In this document: in pieces, positions 37,797-47,825 of the stretch
Position numbering within the stretch: the stretch's first letter is position 1
Layout: each line of letters begins with the position of its first letter
From: a phage
Length of the DNA stretch: 64,000 nucleotides
Reading direction: 5' to 3' (one strand)
Sequence record: PZ179883.1
Program-made: the position numbers and the translations under genes
The notes under the pieces: model-generated
What the model was told of the DNA's origin: nothing
What the model saw: only the letters and a program-made list of their open reading frames with translations
Databases searched by the model: none

Positions 37797-38245
37797 TCAA
37801 CAATCACAATTTCTAATTTAGAGGAATATGTATCTAAAATCCCCTCAATAATATCCCAGTTCCCTTTACCTATGCCTGCACCAATCCTAGGCATATAGAT
37901 TGTAGGTTTAATCAGTTTATTTTCACCAAACTCATTTAATTCTAACATACAATTCATTAAAGCGGAATACTCAAAATTTGGCCCTGGTTGAAATTGAGTA
38001 TAAAGGTTGAAGCAATACGCTTTATGAGTCCTAAAGTATTTTTCATAGACTGAGTAAGAACCGAGTTTAGTTACATCACCCCATTCAGTCTGTAATTTAT
38101 CAGCTTCCAAAATTTTAGGGAAAGCTTTGGTTAATTGACCCGCTACGCCTGAACCCATAGTATGAAAACAATTGCATCCATGCGCAATATTTTTACCTTC
38201 AGCGAAAAGGGCGACAATATCGCCCTTGATATATTTTACAATCAT
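37778..38245 (-). CDS. Macro domain protein (ADP-ribose binding/processing)
   Basis: 155 aa; HGCNCFHTMGSGVAGQL is the macro-domain glycine-rich loop; family call is from motif recall. Confidence 0.6.
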   Translation of the reverse strand: MIVKYIKGDIVALFAEGKNIAHGCNCFHTMGSGVAGQLTKAFPKILEADKLQTEWGDVTKLGSYSVYEKYFRTHKAYCFNLYTQFQPGPNFEYSALMNCMLELNEFGENKLIKPTIYMPRIGAGIGKGNWDIIEGILDTYSSKLEIVIVDWEPLL

Positions 38246-38589
38246 CTAGTACTCAATCCTCGATTATAAGAATCTACCAAACGGTCAACCATTGAATGAC
38301 AAGCGGCTTTATCTTTCTCCTCCGCAACTGAACATTCTAAGGTATTCCACTTTTTAGCATATCGTTTTAATAATGTATCGTTTTTGTATCTGCTTGATTT
38401 ATCTCTTTCTCCGTCTTTATATGCATATATTAATTTCTGCGCAAATTCAGCTTGGCATGCTTTATTTTTCCCACAATAATCTGCCGCAGTGCGATTTACA
38501 TATTCTCTAATTTCAGTATATGATGTATCTGCTGACGCAGAAGCAGAAAATGAAATTAATCCTATACATAAAACCAAAATTTTAGTCAT
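38242..38589 (-). CDS. vs: Secreted protein at the vs position
   Basis: 115 aa with signal peptide; synteny only. Confidence 0.45.
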   Translation of the reverse strand: MTKILVLCIGLISFSASASADTSYTEIREYVNRTAADYCGKNKACQAEFAQKLIYAYKDGERDKSSRYKNDTLLKRYAKKWNTLECSVAEEKDKAACHSMVDRLVDSYNRGLSTR

Positions 38590-39127
38590 TTACTATTTCC
38601 AAAAGTTTATTATTTTTAAGGTAATTAGCCTTTTCTAGGACTTCAGAAGCATATTTAGAACCAGCTTTAACATTCCATCCCGAATTATAAGAGGATATTG
38701 CTTTTCTTATATCGCCCTTATGTATATTTAACCAATAAGAAAGTTCAATGTACGCCCAGGAAGCTGAATTGGATCGTTTATTCAACATTCTTTTTATTTC
38801 AGCATCGGTCATATTATAACCAAGTTCCTTAACTCTTGCTCGCATAGTAGGCAAATAATTTTGGAACATTCCATAAGCGTGATGCTTTGGTTTAGATTTT
38901 AAATTAACTCCGCCAGAGCTTTCTTGCCATAAAATAGCAGCCATTATATGACCTAATCCGCTCTTGTGGATATTTTTGTGTGTTTTATATTTTCCATCCT
39001 TAGAAAATTGTTCCCCGAATTGATACGCGTAACGCATGTTATCGAGTTGGACATTACTGAAAGTATGCTCGGAGCTATGTGCCATCATTGAAATGGCCAA
39101 TAGACCAGCGAGTAGTGCTTTTCTCAT
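38582..39127 (-). CDS. Secreted lytic-transglycosylase-like protein (vs.1 position)
   Basis: 181 aa; signal peptide; QESSGG motif typical of SLT-type catalytic glutamate. Confidence 0.55.
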   Translation of the reverse strand: MRKALLAGLLAISMMAHSSEHTFSNVQLDNMRYAYQFGEQFSKDGKYKTHKNIHKSGLGHIMAAILWQESSGGVNLKSKPKHHAYGMFQNYLPTMRARVKELGYNMTDAEIKRMLNKRSNSASWAYIELSYWLNIHKGDIRKAISSYNSGWNVKAGSKYASEVLEKANYLKNNKLLEIVND

Positions 39128-39134
39128 GCTTACC

Positions 39135-39596
39135 TCATTGAGTTTTAATTACTGCTTTAGAAGCCTTTCCTGGTAAACGACGACTGTTGATAATTGCCAT
39201 CCTACATTGAAGTGACGGGTCTTTGAACTTCGCGTTAGGTTTACAAACTGTAAATCCAAGCCAAAGATTTCCATCTGTGATTTCTAAACGTCCAGGACGA
39301 TATTCAACCCCATCAATAAAATCCTCGTCAATGTCAGGACGCGGAGGCATACTCAGGAATTCATTAACTTCTAAAACATGGTCTTTTATTTTATGGAATA
39401 ATTCAAAAACATATGTCTCATCAATCTCCCGTTGAATTGCACGATCAAGAAGATGCTGAGAATATTTTAGATGAAACGATGAGACCCCTGCTGCTTTTGA
39501 TGCCTCACGAATCTCATTGTTAATTTGACGAAACTCCGACTCAAAGTGACGACGAAGCTTATTTCGACGGATAAAAACTTCTGTATTGATAGTCAT
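39135..39596 (-). CDS. regB: RegB site-specific endoribonuclease
   Basis: 153 aa, T4 RegB length and position. Confidence 0.88.
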   Translation of the reverse strand: MTINTEVFIRRNKLRRHFESEFRQINNEIREASKAAGVSSFHLKYSQHLLDRAIQREIDETYVFELFHKIKDHVLEVNEFLSMPPRPDIDEDFIDGVEYRPGRLEITDGNLWLGFTVCKPNAKFKDPSLQCRMAIINSRRLPGKASKAVIKTQ

Positions 39597-39619
39597 GTTA
39601 TTCTCCTCTTAACTGATAG

Positions 39620-39656
39620 AAAAATTATACCACAGTCAAGAGGAAAAGTAAACAGT
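39620..39656 (-). promoter_or_regulatory. Early promoter upstream of regB
   Basis: TTTACT N17 TATAAT on the minus strand. Confidence 0.5.
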
Positions 39657-39934
39657 TATTCTTTAAATCTAATCAATTTATTCATAGACTTTGAAACTTC
39701 TGCACGAACCTCATGTAGATTTTTGAGCTGTTCAAGACGCTGCTCATAGTAAGCAATTTCATCTTCTTCGAGACAGTCCTGTGAATCTTCTTTAAGATAA
39801 CGTGCATAGTCCTGGAAAGCGTTACGAACTACTTCCTGGAAGTCATCAAGACTTTGAATTTTCTTAGGAGCAACAGATACACGACGAGGGGCAGTATAAT
39901 ACTCATAACCAAACCCTGCGCTTAATTGAGCCAT
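39656..39934 (-). CDS. Small protein at the vs.3 position (start adjusted, TAATG coupling)
   Basis: 92 aa from [13 protein letters not shown]; upstream gene stop overlaps this start. Confidence 0.45.
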   Translation of the reverse strand: MAQLSAGFGYEYYTAPRRVSVAPKKIQSLDDFQEVVRNAFQDYARYLKEDSQDCLEEDEIAYYEQRLEQLKNLHEVRAEVSKSMNKLIRFKE

Positions 39935-40200
39935 TAGTATTTTTCCTCTGGTTGGAACACTGCGCGACAAGCCCACATACTGGCTTCTTTGAGTTTCATT
40001 TTAGCAATAGTTAACTGATCGAGGCTTTCGGCGTAATTCTTCGCGAGTTCATCATCTTCACAGCTATCAAATGCTTCCCAGAATTCATCATATAAAGCAT
40101 CAAAGATAAGCCCTAAACGAACTTCAGCATCTTTGATAGCATTCACTTTACTGATTTTATCGTCAGTATGTGGTTTATAACCTTTAATGTCTTCAATCAT
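39934..40200 (-). CDS. Small acidic protein at the vs.4 position (T4 Vs.4 is the anti-CBASS sponge Acb2); orthology unverified
   Basis: 88 aa; second of six ORFs between regB and denV, matching the T4 vs.3-vs.8 count. Confidence 0.35.
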   Translation of the reverse strand: MIEDIKGYKPHTDDKISKVNAIKDAEVRLGLIFDALYDEFWEAFDSCEDDELAKNYAESLDQLTIAKMKLKEASMWACRAVFQPEEKY

Positions 40201-40414
40201 ATTTTACTTCCTCACCTGTTCCCAAATCATATTCAACTAAACGAATAGGTTCATGAATGCCATATCCTTGAACAGAAATTTCTGTCGTAGGATAAATTCC
40301 ATTAATATCACCCATGTTCCACGCTTCATTAAATTGCTGTTCGCCTGAATTACTAAACCACTCGGCGAAAGCATTTAGCACATCTTCAGAACCTTCAATA
40401 ATTATCTTTGCCAT
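40193..40414 (-). CDS. Hypothetical protein (vs.5 position)
   Basis: 73 aa ORF. Confidence 0.4.
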   Translation of the reverse strand: MAKIIIEGSEDVLNAFAEWFSNSGEQQFNEAWNMGDINGIYPTTEISVQGYGIHEPIRLVEYDLGTGEEVKYD

Positions 40415-40788
40415 TACAAACTCTCAGTAAAGGTACGAGCGATAACGTCGCGCTGCTGTTCCGGAGTCAGAGAGTTAAAGCGAACTGCATAACCGGATAC
40501 ACGGATGGTCAGCTGCGGATATTTTTCCGGATGCTTAACTGCATCTTCCAGAGTTTCGCGACGCAGAACGTTAACGTTCAGGTGTTGACCACCTTCAATT
40601 TTAACTGTAGGTTGTGTTTCAATTTCAATTTCACGGGCATGCAAACCATAGAAAATTTCTGGGTCTACAAAAGAGTCCTCTTTAAAAGTTTTAGAGACAA
40701 TAATTCGTGCTTGAATACCATCTTCAAAATAAATAGTACCTTTATGCGTGCCTTCAAGAATTTGATATGCTTTCATATAACCTCTCAA
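40414..40788 (-). CDS. Autonomous glycyl radical cofactor (GrcA/YfiD-like)
   Basis: 124 aa ending [25 protein letters not shown], the glycyl-radical signature; T4 is known to encode a YfiD homologue. Confidence 0.75.
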   Translation of the reverse strand: MRGYMKAYQILEGTHKGTIYFEDGIQARIIVSKTFKEDSFVDPEIFYGLHAREIEIETQPTVKIEGGQHLNVNVLRRETLEDAVKHPEKYPQLTIRVSGYAVRFNSLTPEQQRDVIARTFTESL

Positions 40789-41114
40789 TTAGAAAATAAA
40801 TTTATCCAAGATTGCTCTTTAATTAAAAATGGCTCAGAATCATATGCCATTAAACTTTGGGTGATTAGTCCTTTAAAAGGTCCATCAATAAATTCCATGG
40901 CAAAATATGGAATTTTATTCATTAATCTTGCATTAGGAGCAGTGCACAAAACTCTGCATCCTTTGAATACGCCTTTTTGTAATTTGTATTGCTTAGGATA
41001 AAATTCGCTCAAGGCGTTGTTATTTGCCAAAATTTCAAAATGATTCACCAATTTATTTTTAATAGTTTTTGGCGAAAAATAAAGATATTCGAAAAGTTGC
41101 GTGTCTGTCATCAT
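40785..41114 (-). CDS. Hypothetical protein (vs.7 position; start adjusted to ATGA overlap)
   Basis: Internal [10 protein letters not shown] start overlaps the upstream gene stop. Confidence 0.4.
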   Translation of the reverse strand: MMTDTQLFEYLYFSPKTIKNKLVNHFEILANNNALSEFYPKQYKLQKGVFKGCRVLCTAPNARLMNKIPYFAMEFIDGPFKGLITQSLMAYDSEPFLIKEQSWINLFSN

Positions 41115-41698
41115 TGCATTCCGATTATGAAAAACTGTGGACGAGTAATACCACCAATGCAGCATTTACTATTGCAACAGTGGTGCACAGTTTCAATATG
41201 AATATCGTAAATTTTATCCATATCAGGAGATTTAACAGGCTCATCGATTATATACAAAATCCGCGAAAGCGATAAACCTCTGAACTTGCTTCCTTTATTA
41301 CCGATAAAACTACGGATAGAATCGGTAAATAAGCGGAATCGAATATCATCGCTAGAATAACGAGAAAACTCTTTTTTAATGTGGCCCGCAGAAATTTTAG
41401 CGTAAGCTGAAGTATTAGAAAGAACAATAACTGTTCCACCATCATACAGCCAATTAGCAGCGAAGTTAGTCACAGCAGTTGATTTACCAGATTGACGCCC
41501 ACCATCTAGTCGAAGTGTACAATACTGTTTAAGTAAGTCTTCAAATGGCGGGATATATTCGTTTTTACAAATTTCTTCTACTCTAGCATCAGAATGGTGT
41601 GTAAAAGCATTCATCAGGGATAGATAAGGACCAGTTAAAAATGTTCTCATTTTATTCTCTCTAAATTTGGGCCATTCCATGGCGCATGAATTGTCCAT
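41111..41698 (-). CDS. Small P-loop NTPase (vs.8 position)
   Basis: Walker A GGRQSGKST and Walker B ILYIIDEP; 195 aa. Confidence 0.5.
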   Translation of the reverse strand: MDNSCAMEWPKFRENKMRTFLTGPYLSLMNAFTHHSDARVEEICKNEYIPPFEDLLKQYCTLRLDGGRQSGKSTAVTNFAANWLYDGGTVIVLSNTSAYAKISAGHIKKEFSRYSSDDIRFRLFTDSIRSFIGNKGSKFRGLSLSRILYIIDEPVKSPDMDKIYDIHIETVHHCCNSKCCIGGITRPQFFIIGMQ

Positions 41699-41795
41699 TT
41701 CTGTATTTACCCATTACCGCACTTGGGCTCGACCTTATTACAGGTTGGCGGGAATCCCTCACAGAATCATGAGGTCCAGGTTATTCCCATGTTAT

Positions 41796-42212
41796 TTAAA
41801 TGTAAATATTTTTGCCGTAATACTTATACCAGTGTGGCTTCATTAAAATTTTTTCATCGAGTCGTTGTTGACTCAACTTAATAGCTGATTTGCATGGATT
41901 ATAATCATTTTTCCATTCTACTGGAATATCGCTGATGTCAGGAACTTCAGTATCTTTTATACTGAACCCGCGTTTTAAGCATTCCGTTATAATGTCCGAT
42001 TGACGCTTTCGCAAAAATTCTAACTTATCGTAAAAGAAAGTAACATGACCAGAACCTAAAATAAATTTAGAAGATATTTTAAAATCTTTAACGCGCTTAC
42101 CATTTGCCACATGTTTACGAACTATACCAAAAACACGTGGCAATTCACGATACTCAGCCATAAGATGTTGGTCGGTCAGTTCAGAAACAAGTGTTAAATT
42201 GATACGAGTCAT
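41796..42212 (-). CDS. denV: Endonuclease V (pyrimidine dimer DNA glycosylase)
   Basis: [12 protein letters not shown]...YRELPRVFG matches T4 endo V; start set at the T4-equivalent Met (ORF track gives 42224). Confidence 0.92.
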   Translation of the reverse strand: MTRINLTLVSELTDQHLMAEYRELPRVFGIVRKHVANGKRVKDFKISSKFILGSGHVTFFYDKLEFLRKRQSDIITECLKRGFSIKDTEVPDISDIPVEWKNDYNPCKSAIKLSQQRLDEKILMKPHWYKYYGKNIYI

Positions 42213-42235
42213 AATTTCCTCCAAGTAGTTGATGA

Positions 42236-42270
42236 ATGTATAGTATCAAAGTCCTTGGAGGAAGTAAACA

Positions 42271-42272
<2 letters not shown>
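42236..42272 (-). promoter_or_regulatory. Early promoter upstream of denV
   Basis: TTTACT N18 TACTAT; its position supports the denV start at MTRINL. Confidence 0.5.
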
Positions 42273-43073
<801 letters not shown>

Positions 43074-43529
43074 TTAAAAGAGGCTGTTCATTATTCGGTA
43101 AAGTGAAGGGCCCATCACATATTGCCACTGAGTACGAGGAATAAGGGCAAAAGCATCCATCTCTGGAATCATAACACCATCTTTATTTTCAAAATAAGAC
43201 TCGCAATGGCAATTTCTAAACATCTCATGCTCTACTGGAATCGTATAATAAAATAACTGTAAGTCTTTATTACTAGAATATTTAAATACACCTAGGTCTT
43301 CTAGAAGGTCTGGATTATAATTGCTAAAACCAGTCTCTTCTAAACATTCTCTTCGTGCTGCATCTAGTGCGTTTAAATCAGAATTTTCTACACGGCCTTT
43401 TGGAATATCCCAGCGATGTGCCATCATTCCAGGCTTACGAGAACCAGTAACCCGTCCCATGAATAAATCTTTATCTTCTGTCATAAAGATAATACCAGCT
43501 GATAATGTTTTCATTTTAATTTCCTGCAT
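43074..43529 (-). CDS. nudE: Nudix hydrolase NudE
   Basis: 151 aa; Nudix box GRVENSDLNALDAARRECLEETG; position after e. Confidence 0.85.
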   Translation of the reverse strand: MQEIKMKTLSAGIIFMTEDKDLFMGRVTGSRKPGMMAHRWDIPKGRVENSDLNALDAARRECLEETGFSNYNPDLLEDLGVFKYSSNKDLQLFYYTIPVEHEMFRNCHCESYFENKDGVMIPEMDAFALIPRTQWQYVMGPSLYRIMNSLF

Positions 43530-43999
43530 TCAATGATAAAGTTATTTAAATTTTGAGTATATTTCTTTTCATCAAAAATCTTTTGTTGTCTGCGTAGCCG
43601 CCATGGCATTTCGATGAACACACACCATATTCCTGATAGTATTGCTGCTGTCAAAATATTAACAAGTATGATTAAAAGAATCCAATCTCCCGTTCTGCCT
43701 ACTGGACTTTCTCCAAAGAAGCAAAATACAAATGATGTCACAGGAAAACTAATAATGTACCACAGAATCATAATTTTATCTGTGAACCAATCAGCGTTCG
43801 TTAATTTAGCGCGACCATTATGAATACATACGAATTTATCATCTGTTGCAGTAGATGGCTTAACTGGTTGATATCCCATTCTAAACTCCCTAATCAGCAA
43901 ATTTTTCATATCTTCGGAACAGCCATTCCAGTCAACTCTATCAACTGGAATGCCATCATCCCCATCATCTAAATCATACCAGCGAGTTTTTAAAATCAT
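43511..43999 (-). CDS. Membrane protein, member of a 3-gene tandem family
   Basis: 162 aa; transmembrane segments; C-terminus FIIECRKLK. Confidence 0.4.
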   Translation of the reverse strand: MILKTRWYDLDDGDDGIPVDRVDWNGCSEDMKNLLIREFRMGYQPVKPSTATDDKFVCIHNGRAKLTNADWFTDKIMILWYIISFPVTSFVFCFFGESPVGRTGDWILLIILVNILTAAILSGIWCVFIEMPWRLRRQQKIFDEKKYTQNLNNFIIECRKLK

Positions 44000-44358
44000 C
44001 TGATTTTCCTACAATCACTCACAAACTCTTTCATTGATTCATTTTCAATATAAGACATGTAGCTATTATATTCTTTTAATTGTATTTTGTAATCCTTTTT
44101 TCTTTGCCAATTTATTTTAAAATTATCATAATGAAAATATAGAATGATACAAAAGAATGAAAATAATGAAATAATTTTAGTATAGCGAAGTTCACTCCAA
44201 ACTTCTATTATATTTACTGTGCCATCGATGTTTAAAATAAGACAGTCAATTAACAATCCAAAAAGACTACCCGCAAGAGCTGCAGCCAACGCCACAGCAA
44301 AAATTAAAAATGACTCAGGAAGCGAATATTTGACTTTATTTAGTTTTGGCTTTTGCAT
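43996..44358 (-). CDS. Membrane protein, tandem family member
   Basis: 120 aa; C-terminus EFVSDCRKIR. Confidence 0.4.
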   Translation of the reverse strand: MQKPKLNKVKYSLPESFLIFAVALAAALAGSLFGLLIDCLILNIDGTVNIIEVWSELRYTKIISLFSFFCIILYFHYDNFKINWQRKKDYKIQLKEYNSYMSYIENESMKEFVSDCRKIR

Positions 44359-44753
44359 CGTGATTCCTTAACAAATTTCATAATTTCATCAAATTCATAC
44401 GCAGCAAGTTTAAGCTGATATTCCTTTTTAATCTTTTTACACTGTGCTTTCCAATCACGTACACGTTTACGATAATGTCTTCCTTGATACCAGTATCCTA
44501 CCCAATTTACAGGTACTAATAAAAGTGGAACTATTAATGGAAGAATTAGCATTAACACAAGTATTTCGCCAGAATCAATATCAGTCATAACATCTAAAAC
44601 ACCTCCAATAATCAATAGAATTACAAATGATATGAGTATAACAGGACCTATTAACACATCAGTAGAAATTATCTGACGCTTTGGTTCATACTTCACAGGT
44701 TTACTTGGAAGGTATAGTGATGGTTTTGACATATTCTCTACATTCCTTAACAA
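44340..44753 (-). CDS. Membrane protein, tandem family member
   Basis: 137 aa; C-terminus MKFVKESRCKSQN. Confidence 0.4.
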   Translation of the reverse strand: MLRNVENMSKPSLYLPSKPVKYEPKRQIISTDVLIGPVILISFVILLIIGGVLDVMTDIDSGEILVLMLILPLIVPLLLVPVNWVGYWYQGRHYRKRVRDWKAQCKKIKKEYQLKLAAYEFDEIMKFVKESRCKSQN

Positions 44754-45309
44754 ATTTTTCTAGTAATAAATCACTTTCAAAATTGGGATTTTCTACAAAT
44801 TTATCAAAAAGATCATCAACAATAGTTAAGATATTCTTTTTACTAAGAATACGTTTATTTTCATGCTTCGTTTCAGAATCAACTATAAGAGTAAAGAAAT
44901 ATTTCTTGCCCTGAAATTTTACAGTAGTATCAATATAAAATAAATTTGACTTTTGTAAATTACGTTTAAACCATGCGTCACTTAAACTATAAATGCCAAG
45001 ATAATCATAATCGTCGTTTAAATAACAAACTGTCCATTCAGGAGAAATGAAATCAGTAAATTCAACATCAAAATCACATGTCAATGAATGAATTGATTCA
45101 ATACTGTTAATAAGTATTCCAGGACGTATTAAGGACTTTTTACCTCTATAAAATCTTCCAGAAAGACTTTCGTCAGTTTCATACGAAGACCCCCAATAGT
45201 AATTACGCCCTTCTGCCATACGTTTAAGAGCATTTAGTAATTGGTCTGGAACATCAACATGTCTTTGGAACTCTTCAAACATTGAATTGAAATCATTTTG
45301 CATTCTCAT
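44701..45309 (-). CDS. Hypothetical protein
   Basis: 202 aa ORF. Confidence 0.4.
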   Translation of the reverse strand: MRMQNDFNSMFEEFQRHVDVPDQLLNALKRMAEGRNYYWGSSYETDESLSGRFYRGKKSLIRPGILINSIESIHSLTCDFDVEFTDFISPEWTVCYLNDDYDYLGIYSLSDAWFKRNLQKSNLFYIDTTVKFQGKKYFFTLIVDSETKHENKRILSKKNILTIVDDLFDKFVENPNFESDLLLEKFVKECREYVKTITIPSK

Positions 45310-45328
45310 TCCTATTTACTCCAAGTAT

Positions 45329-45346
45329 AAGGGGCCGAAGCCCCTT
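45329..45346 (-). terminator. C(UUCG)G tetraloop hairpin
   Basis: aaggggccgaagcccctt. Confidence 0.55.
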
Positions 45347-45350
45347 ATCA

Positions 45351-45944
45351 TTATTTCAGAGAATTAATGTATTCCTGAACATCAGCAGAGGTAGTTTCAA
45401 CCCCAGAAATATTACCGTTAAAGGTTTCAACTCGAGCAAGGGTATCTTCAATATCAACCTTAGTCAGTGCTGCAATTTCAACTACATCATCGGCAGTACT
45501 AATTCCAAGGGCATTTGCTGCACGAGTTTCACGGATATATTCCAATTTAACCGCAAGTTCTTGACGAGCATCATCTAACTCAACTACTTTCTTGGCGATT
45601 TCAATTCGCATTTCAGCATAACCGTCAGCCTTAGTAGTCAACTGCTCAGCTGTTCGACGATATAGTAAACCGAGTTTAGCATGCATTGTTACATCTTGGC
45701 CTTCGGAAAGAAGTTTACGAATTTCACGCTCTTTTGATTCGGCCTGTCGATTCTTTTCGATAACAAGTTCACGAATACGTTTTTCTTCGTTAATAGATTT
45801 AACAGAAGCAGTTTTTAGATCTTTAATTTTATCAAGTAGTTTTGCTGCTGCAGCAGTATACTGTTCTTCGACAGATAGATTTTTAGCCATAGCAGAACCA
45901 AGTTTAGTGCGAATAAACTCAACAATTTTCTTCAGTGTGTTCAT
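45351..45944 (-). CDS. Coiled-coil protein, possibly PspA/IM30-like
   Basis: 197 aa, almost entirely helical heptads; general resemblance to PspA; weak. Confidence 0.3.
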   Translation of the reverse strand: MNTLKKIVEFIRTKLGSAMAKNLSVEEQYTAAAAKLLDKIKDLKTASVKSINEEKRIRELVIEKNRQAESKEREIRKLLSEGQDVTMHAKLGLLYRRTAEQLTTKADGYAEMRIEIAKKVVELDDARQELAVKLEYIRETRAANALGISTADDVVEIAALTKVDIEDTLARVETFNGNISGVETTSADVQEYINSLK

Positions 45945-46045
45945 AGTATTTCCTTAGGTTAATTGAGATTTAAAATCCGTAGGAGTATAATACTCTATCG
46001 TCAAATTATAGGCTCATAATATCTCAATCATGAGCCTGCGTAAAC

Positions 46046-46309
46046 TTATTTCATATTATTGAAATATTCTTCTGCGATTTCGTCGTTATCATGGTAAACT
46101 TTAGAAGACAGTTTAACATAACCTTCTGCTGTGAACATATTAATCACAACTTTTACAGTATACCACTGACCGTCTTCATTACCCATTACTGCGTAAGTTT
46201 CAAACATCGGATGGTCAGGACCGATGACTTTAATATCATTCACTGTACGACCGAAATCTTCTGAAACGCATTTCATAAAGAAGTTGAACAGTTCGCCGTA
46301 ATTATCCAT
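46046..46309 (-). CDS. Hypothetical protein (start adjusted; ORF-track N-terminus overlaps an early promoter)
   Basis: Internal MDNYGELFNFF start with GGAG; about 87 aa. Confidence 0.4.
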   Translation of the reverse strand: MDNYGELFNFFMKCVSEDFGRTVNDIKVIGPDHPMFETYAVMGNEDGQWYTVKVVINMFTAEGYVKLSSKVYHDNDEIAEEYFNNMK

Positions 46310-46348
46310 TTCATTCTCCAAGTTGTTTTCTGTATCAGTAGTTGATAG

Positions 46349-46405
46349 TTGTATAGTACCATGGAAGAACAGAGATGTAAACAGTTTTGTGAAAAAATTT
46401 TTAGG
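46349..46405 (-). promoter_or_regulatory. T4-type early promoter
   Basis: TTTACA N17 TACTAT; near-identical to the 5305 copy including the UP element. Confidence 0.6.
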
Positions 46406-46538
46406 GAATTCTAGGGCAGGGATGGGCAATTAAAGGATAGGATAATATATTATAAAGGGTATAAACTAAATGATGCCTAGAGAGGTCCAGAAAGGCCTAG
46501 ATACCAAAAAGCCCTATCATTTAGATAGGGATTTAAAA

Positions 46539-47102
46539 TTATTTACCTAGTTTACTTATTATAGCTTCTGCAGCAGCTTTTAGCTTAGATGCAGTGTTAA
46601 TACGATTTTTAATTTCAGTATACGCATCGCCAAGAACATCAAGGCTATCAGAATAAACACTTACACTATTGCGTTCGCTATTTGAAATAGAACCTTTAGT
46701 TTTGCGGTCAAAATCGGTGTACACGTCTTGAAGATCGCGGGCTGCCTTCTTTGCATCATCCAATGCATCAAGAGCTTTATTCAAAGCATTAACGTATTTT
46801 TTAGTGTCGAACATATTCTTAGAAATTTTAACAGGTGCGCGTTCAGGAGTAGCTAACACAGATTTAGGAACCTGAGCGCCAGATGCCAATTTCTTAGAAA
46901 TTTTGAAAAATGCTTTATTGAATTTATTTTCTTGACTCATTGTAAAAGAACTATTATCGATGTTGTACATTTCAATAGCTTTAGCTTTCCACTTAAGAAA
47001 ATCGCCGCGGTCTTTTGGGTCCAATTGGAAGAATACTTTAGTAAGATCTGCTTCAGATGGTAATTTTGCTGCTTCGGTTAAAAATTCGGCATAGGTTTTC
47101 AT
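46539..47102 (-). CDS. Internal protein with capsid-targeting leader (possibly IPIII-like)
   Basis: Begins MKTYAEFLTEA; 187 aa, close to T4 IPIII size. Confidence 0.55.
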   Translation of the reverse strand: MKTYAEFLTEAAKLPSEADLTKVFFQLDPKDRGDFLKWKAKAIEMYNIDNSSFTMSQENKFNKAFFKISKKLASGAQVPKSVLATPERAPVKISKNMFDTKKYVNALNKALDALDDAKKAARDLQDVYTDFDRKTKGSISNSERNSVSVYSDSLDVLGDAYTEIKNRINTASKLKAAAEAIISKLGK

Positions 47103-47191
47103 TTAAAATCCTTGAAATAATTTATCGGTTGGTTATTAATTATTTATTACTTTGTTACTATCCGTAACAGCGTTATCCGAGTGATTCAAAC

Positions 47192-47222
47192 TAAAAAGCC
47201 CCAACCTTTCGGTCGGGGCTAA
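47192..47222 (-). terminator. Rho-independent terminator with GNRA loop, copy 1
   Basis: Minus strand AGCCCCGACC-GAAA-GGTTGGGGCTTTTT downstream of the internal-protein gene. Confidence 0.7.
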
Positions 47223-47227
47223 GAATG

Positions 47228-47701
47228 TCATTTGATTTGTTTAGCAGACCAAATGCGGTCTTTAATAATTTTTTGGATGTCTTCAACATACTCAAGAGAG
47301 TGAACATGTGGATTATCTTTGAAACTATAAGCACGGGCTAACTTTTGGCCTTCGGTTTTGATTACTAAAAGCTCTTTAAGGATAGCTTCATATTTAGCGA
47401 TAATTCCTTTAACGATATTTTTTTCTTGTGCCGCTTTAGGATCTGCTTTAGGAGCAGGTTTACCCGAAGCCTTTGCAAAAGCAGCGCCAGTAGCAACTAA
47501 ACTTTTCCAGGCCATACTAACTGCATTTCCCGTAAATCCTTCCGCTTTCATGTCGCGTGCAAACTGGAATCGCGATTCATCAGAAGCATCTTTATAGGAA
47601 TATTTACCCGCGGCAATGGCAGCTTTTGCAACAGCTTGAATTTCGGTGCTAGATGCTTCATTTAACACCGCTTCATTTAAAAATTGAGTATATGATTTCA
47701 T
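47228..47701 (-). CDS. Internal protein with capsid-targeting leader (start adjusted)
   Basis: Internal start MKSYTQFLNEA; ORF-track N-terminal extension reads through a terminator hairpin; late promoter TATAAATA upstream. Confidence 0.5.
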   Translation of the reverse strand: MKSYTQFLNEAVLNEASSTEIQAVAKAAIAAGKYSYKDASDESRFQFARDMKAEGFTGNAVSMAWKSLVATGAAFAKASGKPAPKADPKAAQEKNIVKGIIAKYEAILKELLVIKTEGQKLARAYSFKDNPHVHSLEYVEDIQKIIKDRIWSAKQIK

Positions 47702-47739
47702 CTTATTTCCTGTTTTAATTTGTAGATTTAATATACTAA

Positions 47740-47747
47740 TATTTATA
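47740..47747 (-). promoter_or_regulatory. Late promoter (TATAAATA) upstream of an internal-protein gene
   Basis: Plus-strand tatttata about 35 nt upstream of the MKSYTQFLNEA start. Confidence 0.55.
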
Positions 47748-47750
47748 CCA

Positions 47751-47781
47751 AAAAGCCCCAACCTTTCGGTCGGGGCTAAGC
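47751..47781 (-). terminator. Rho-independent terminator, identical copy 2
   Basis: Same 31 bp sequence, downstream of the stable RNA/tRNA region. Confidence 0.7.
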
Positions 47782-47825
47782 CTTGCGGCAACCTTGTCGG
47801 GGTTCCACCTGCTAAGGCAAGTGTT

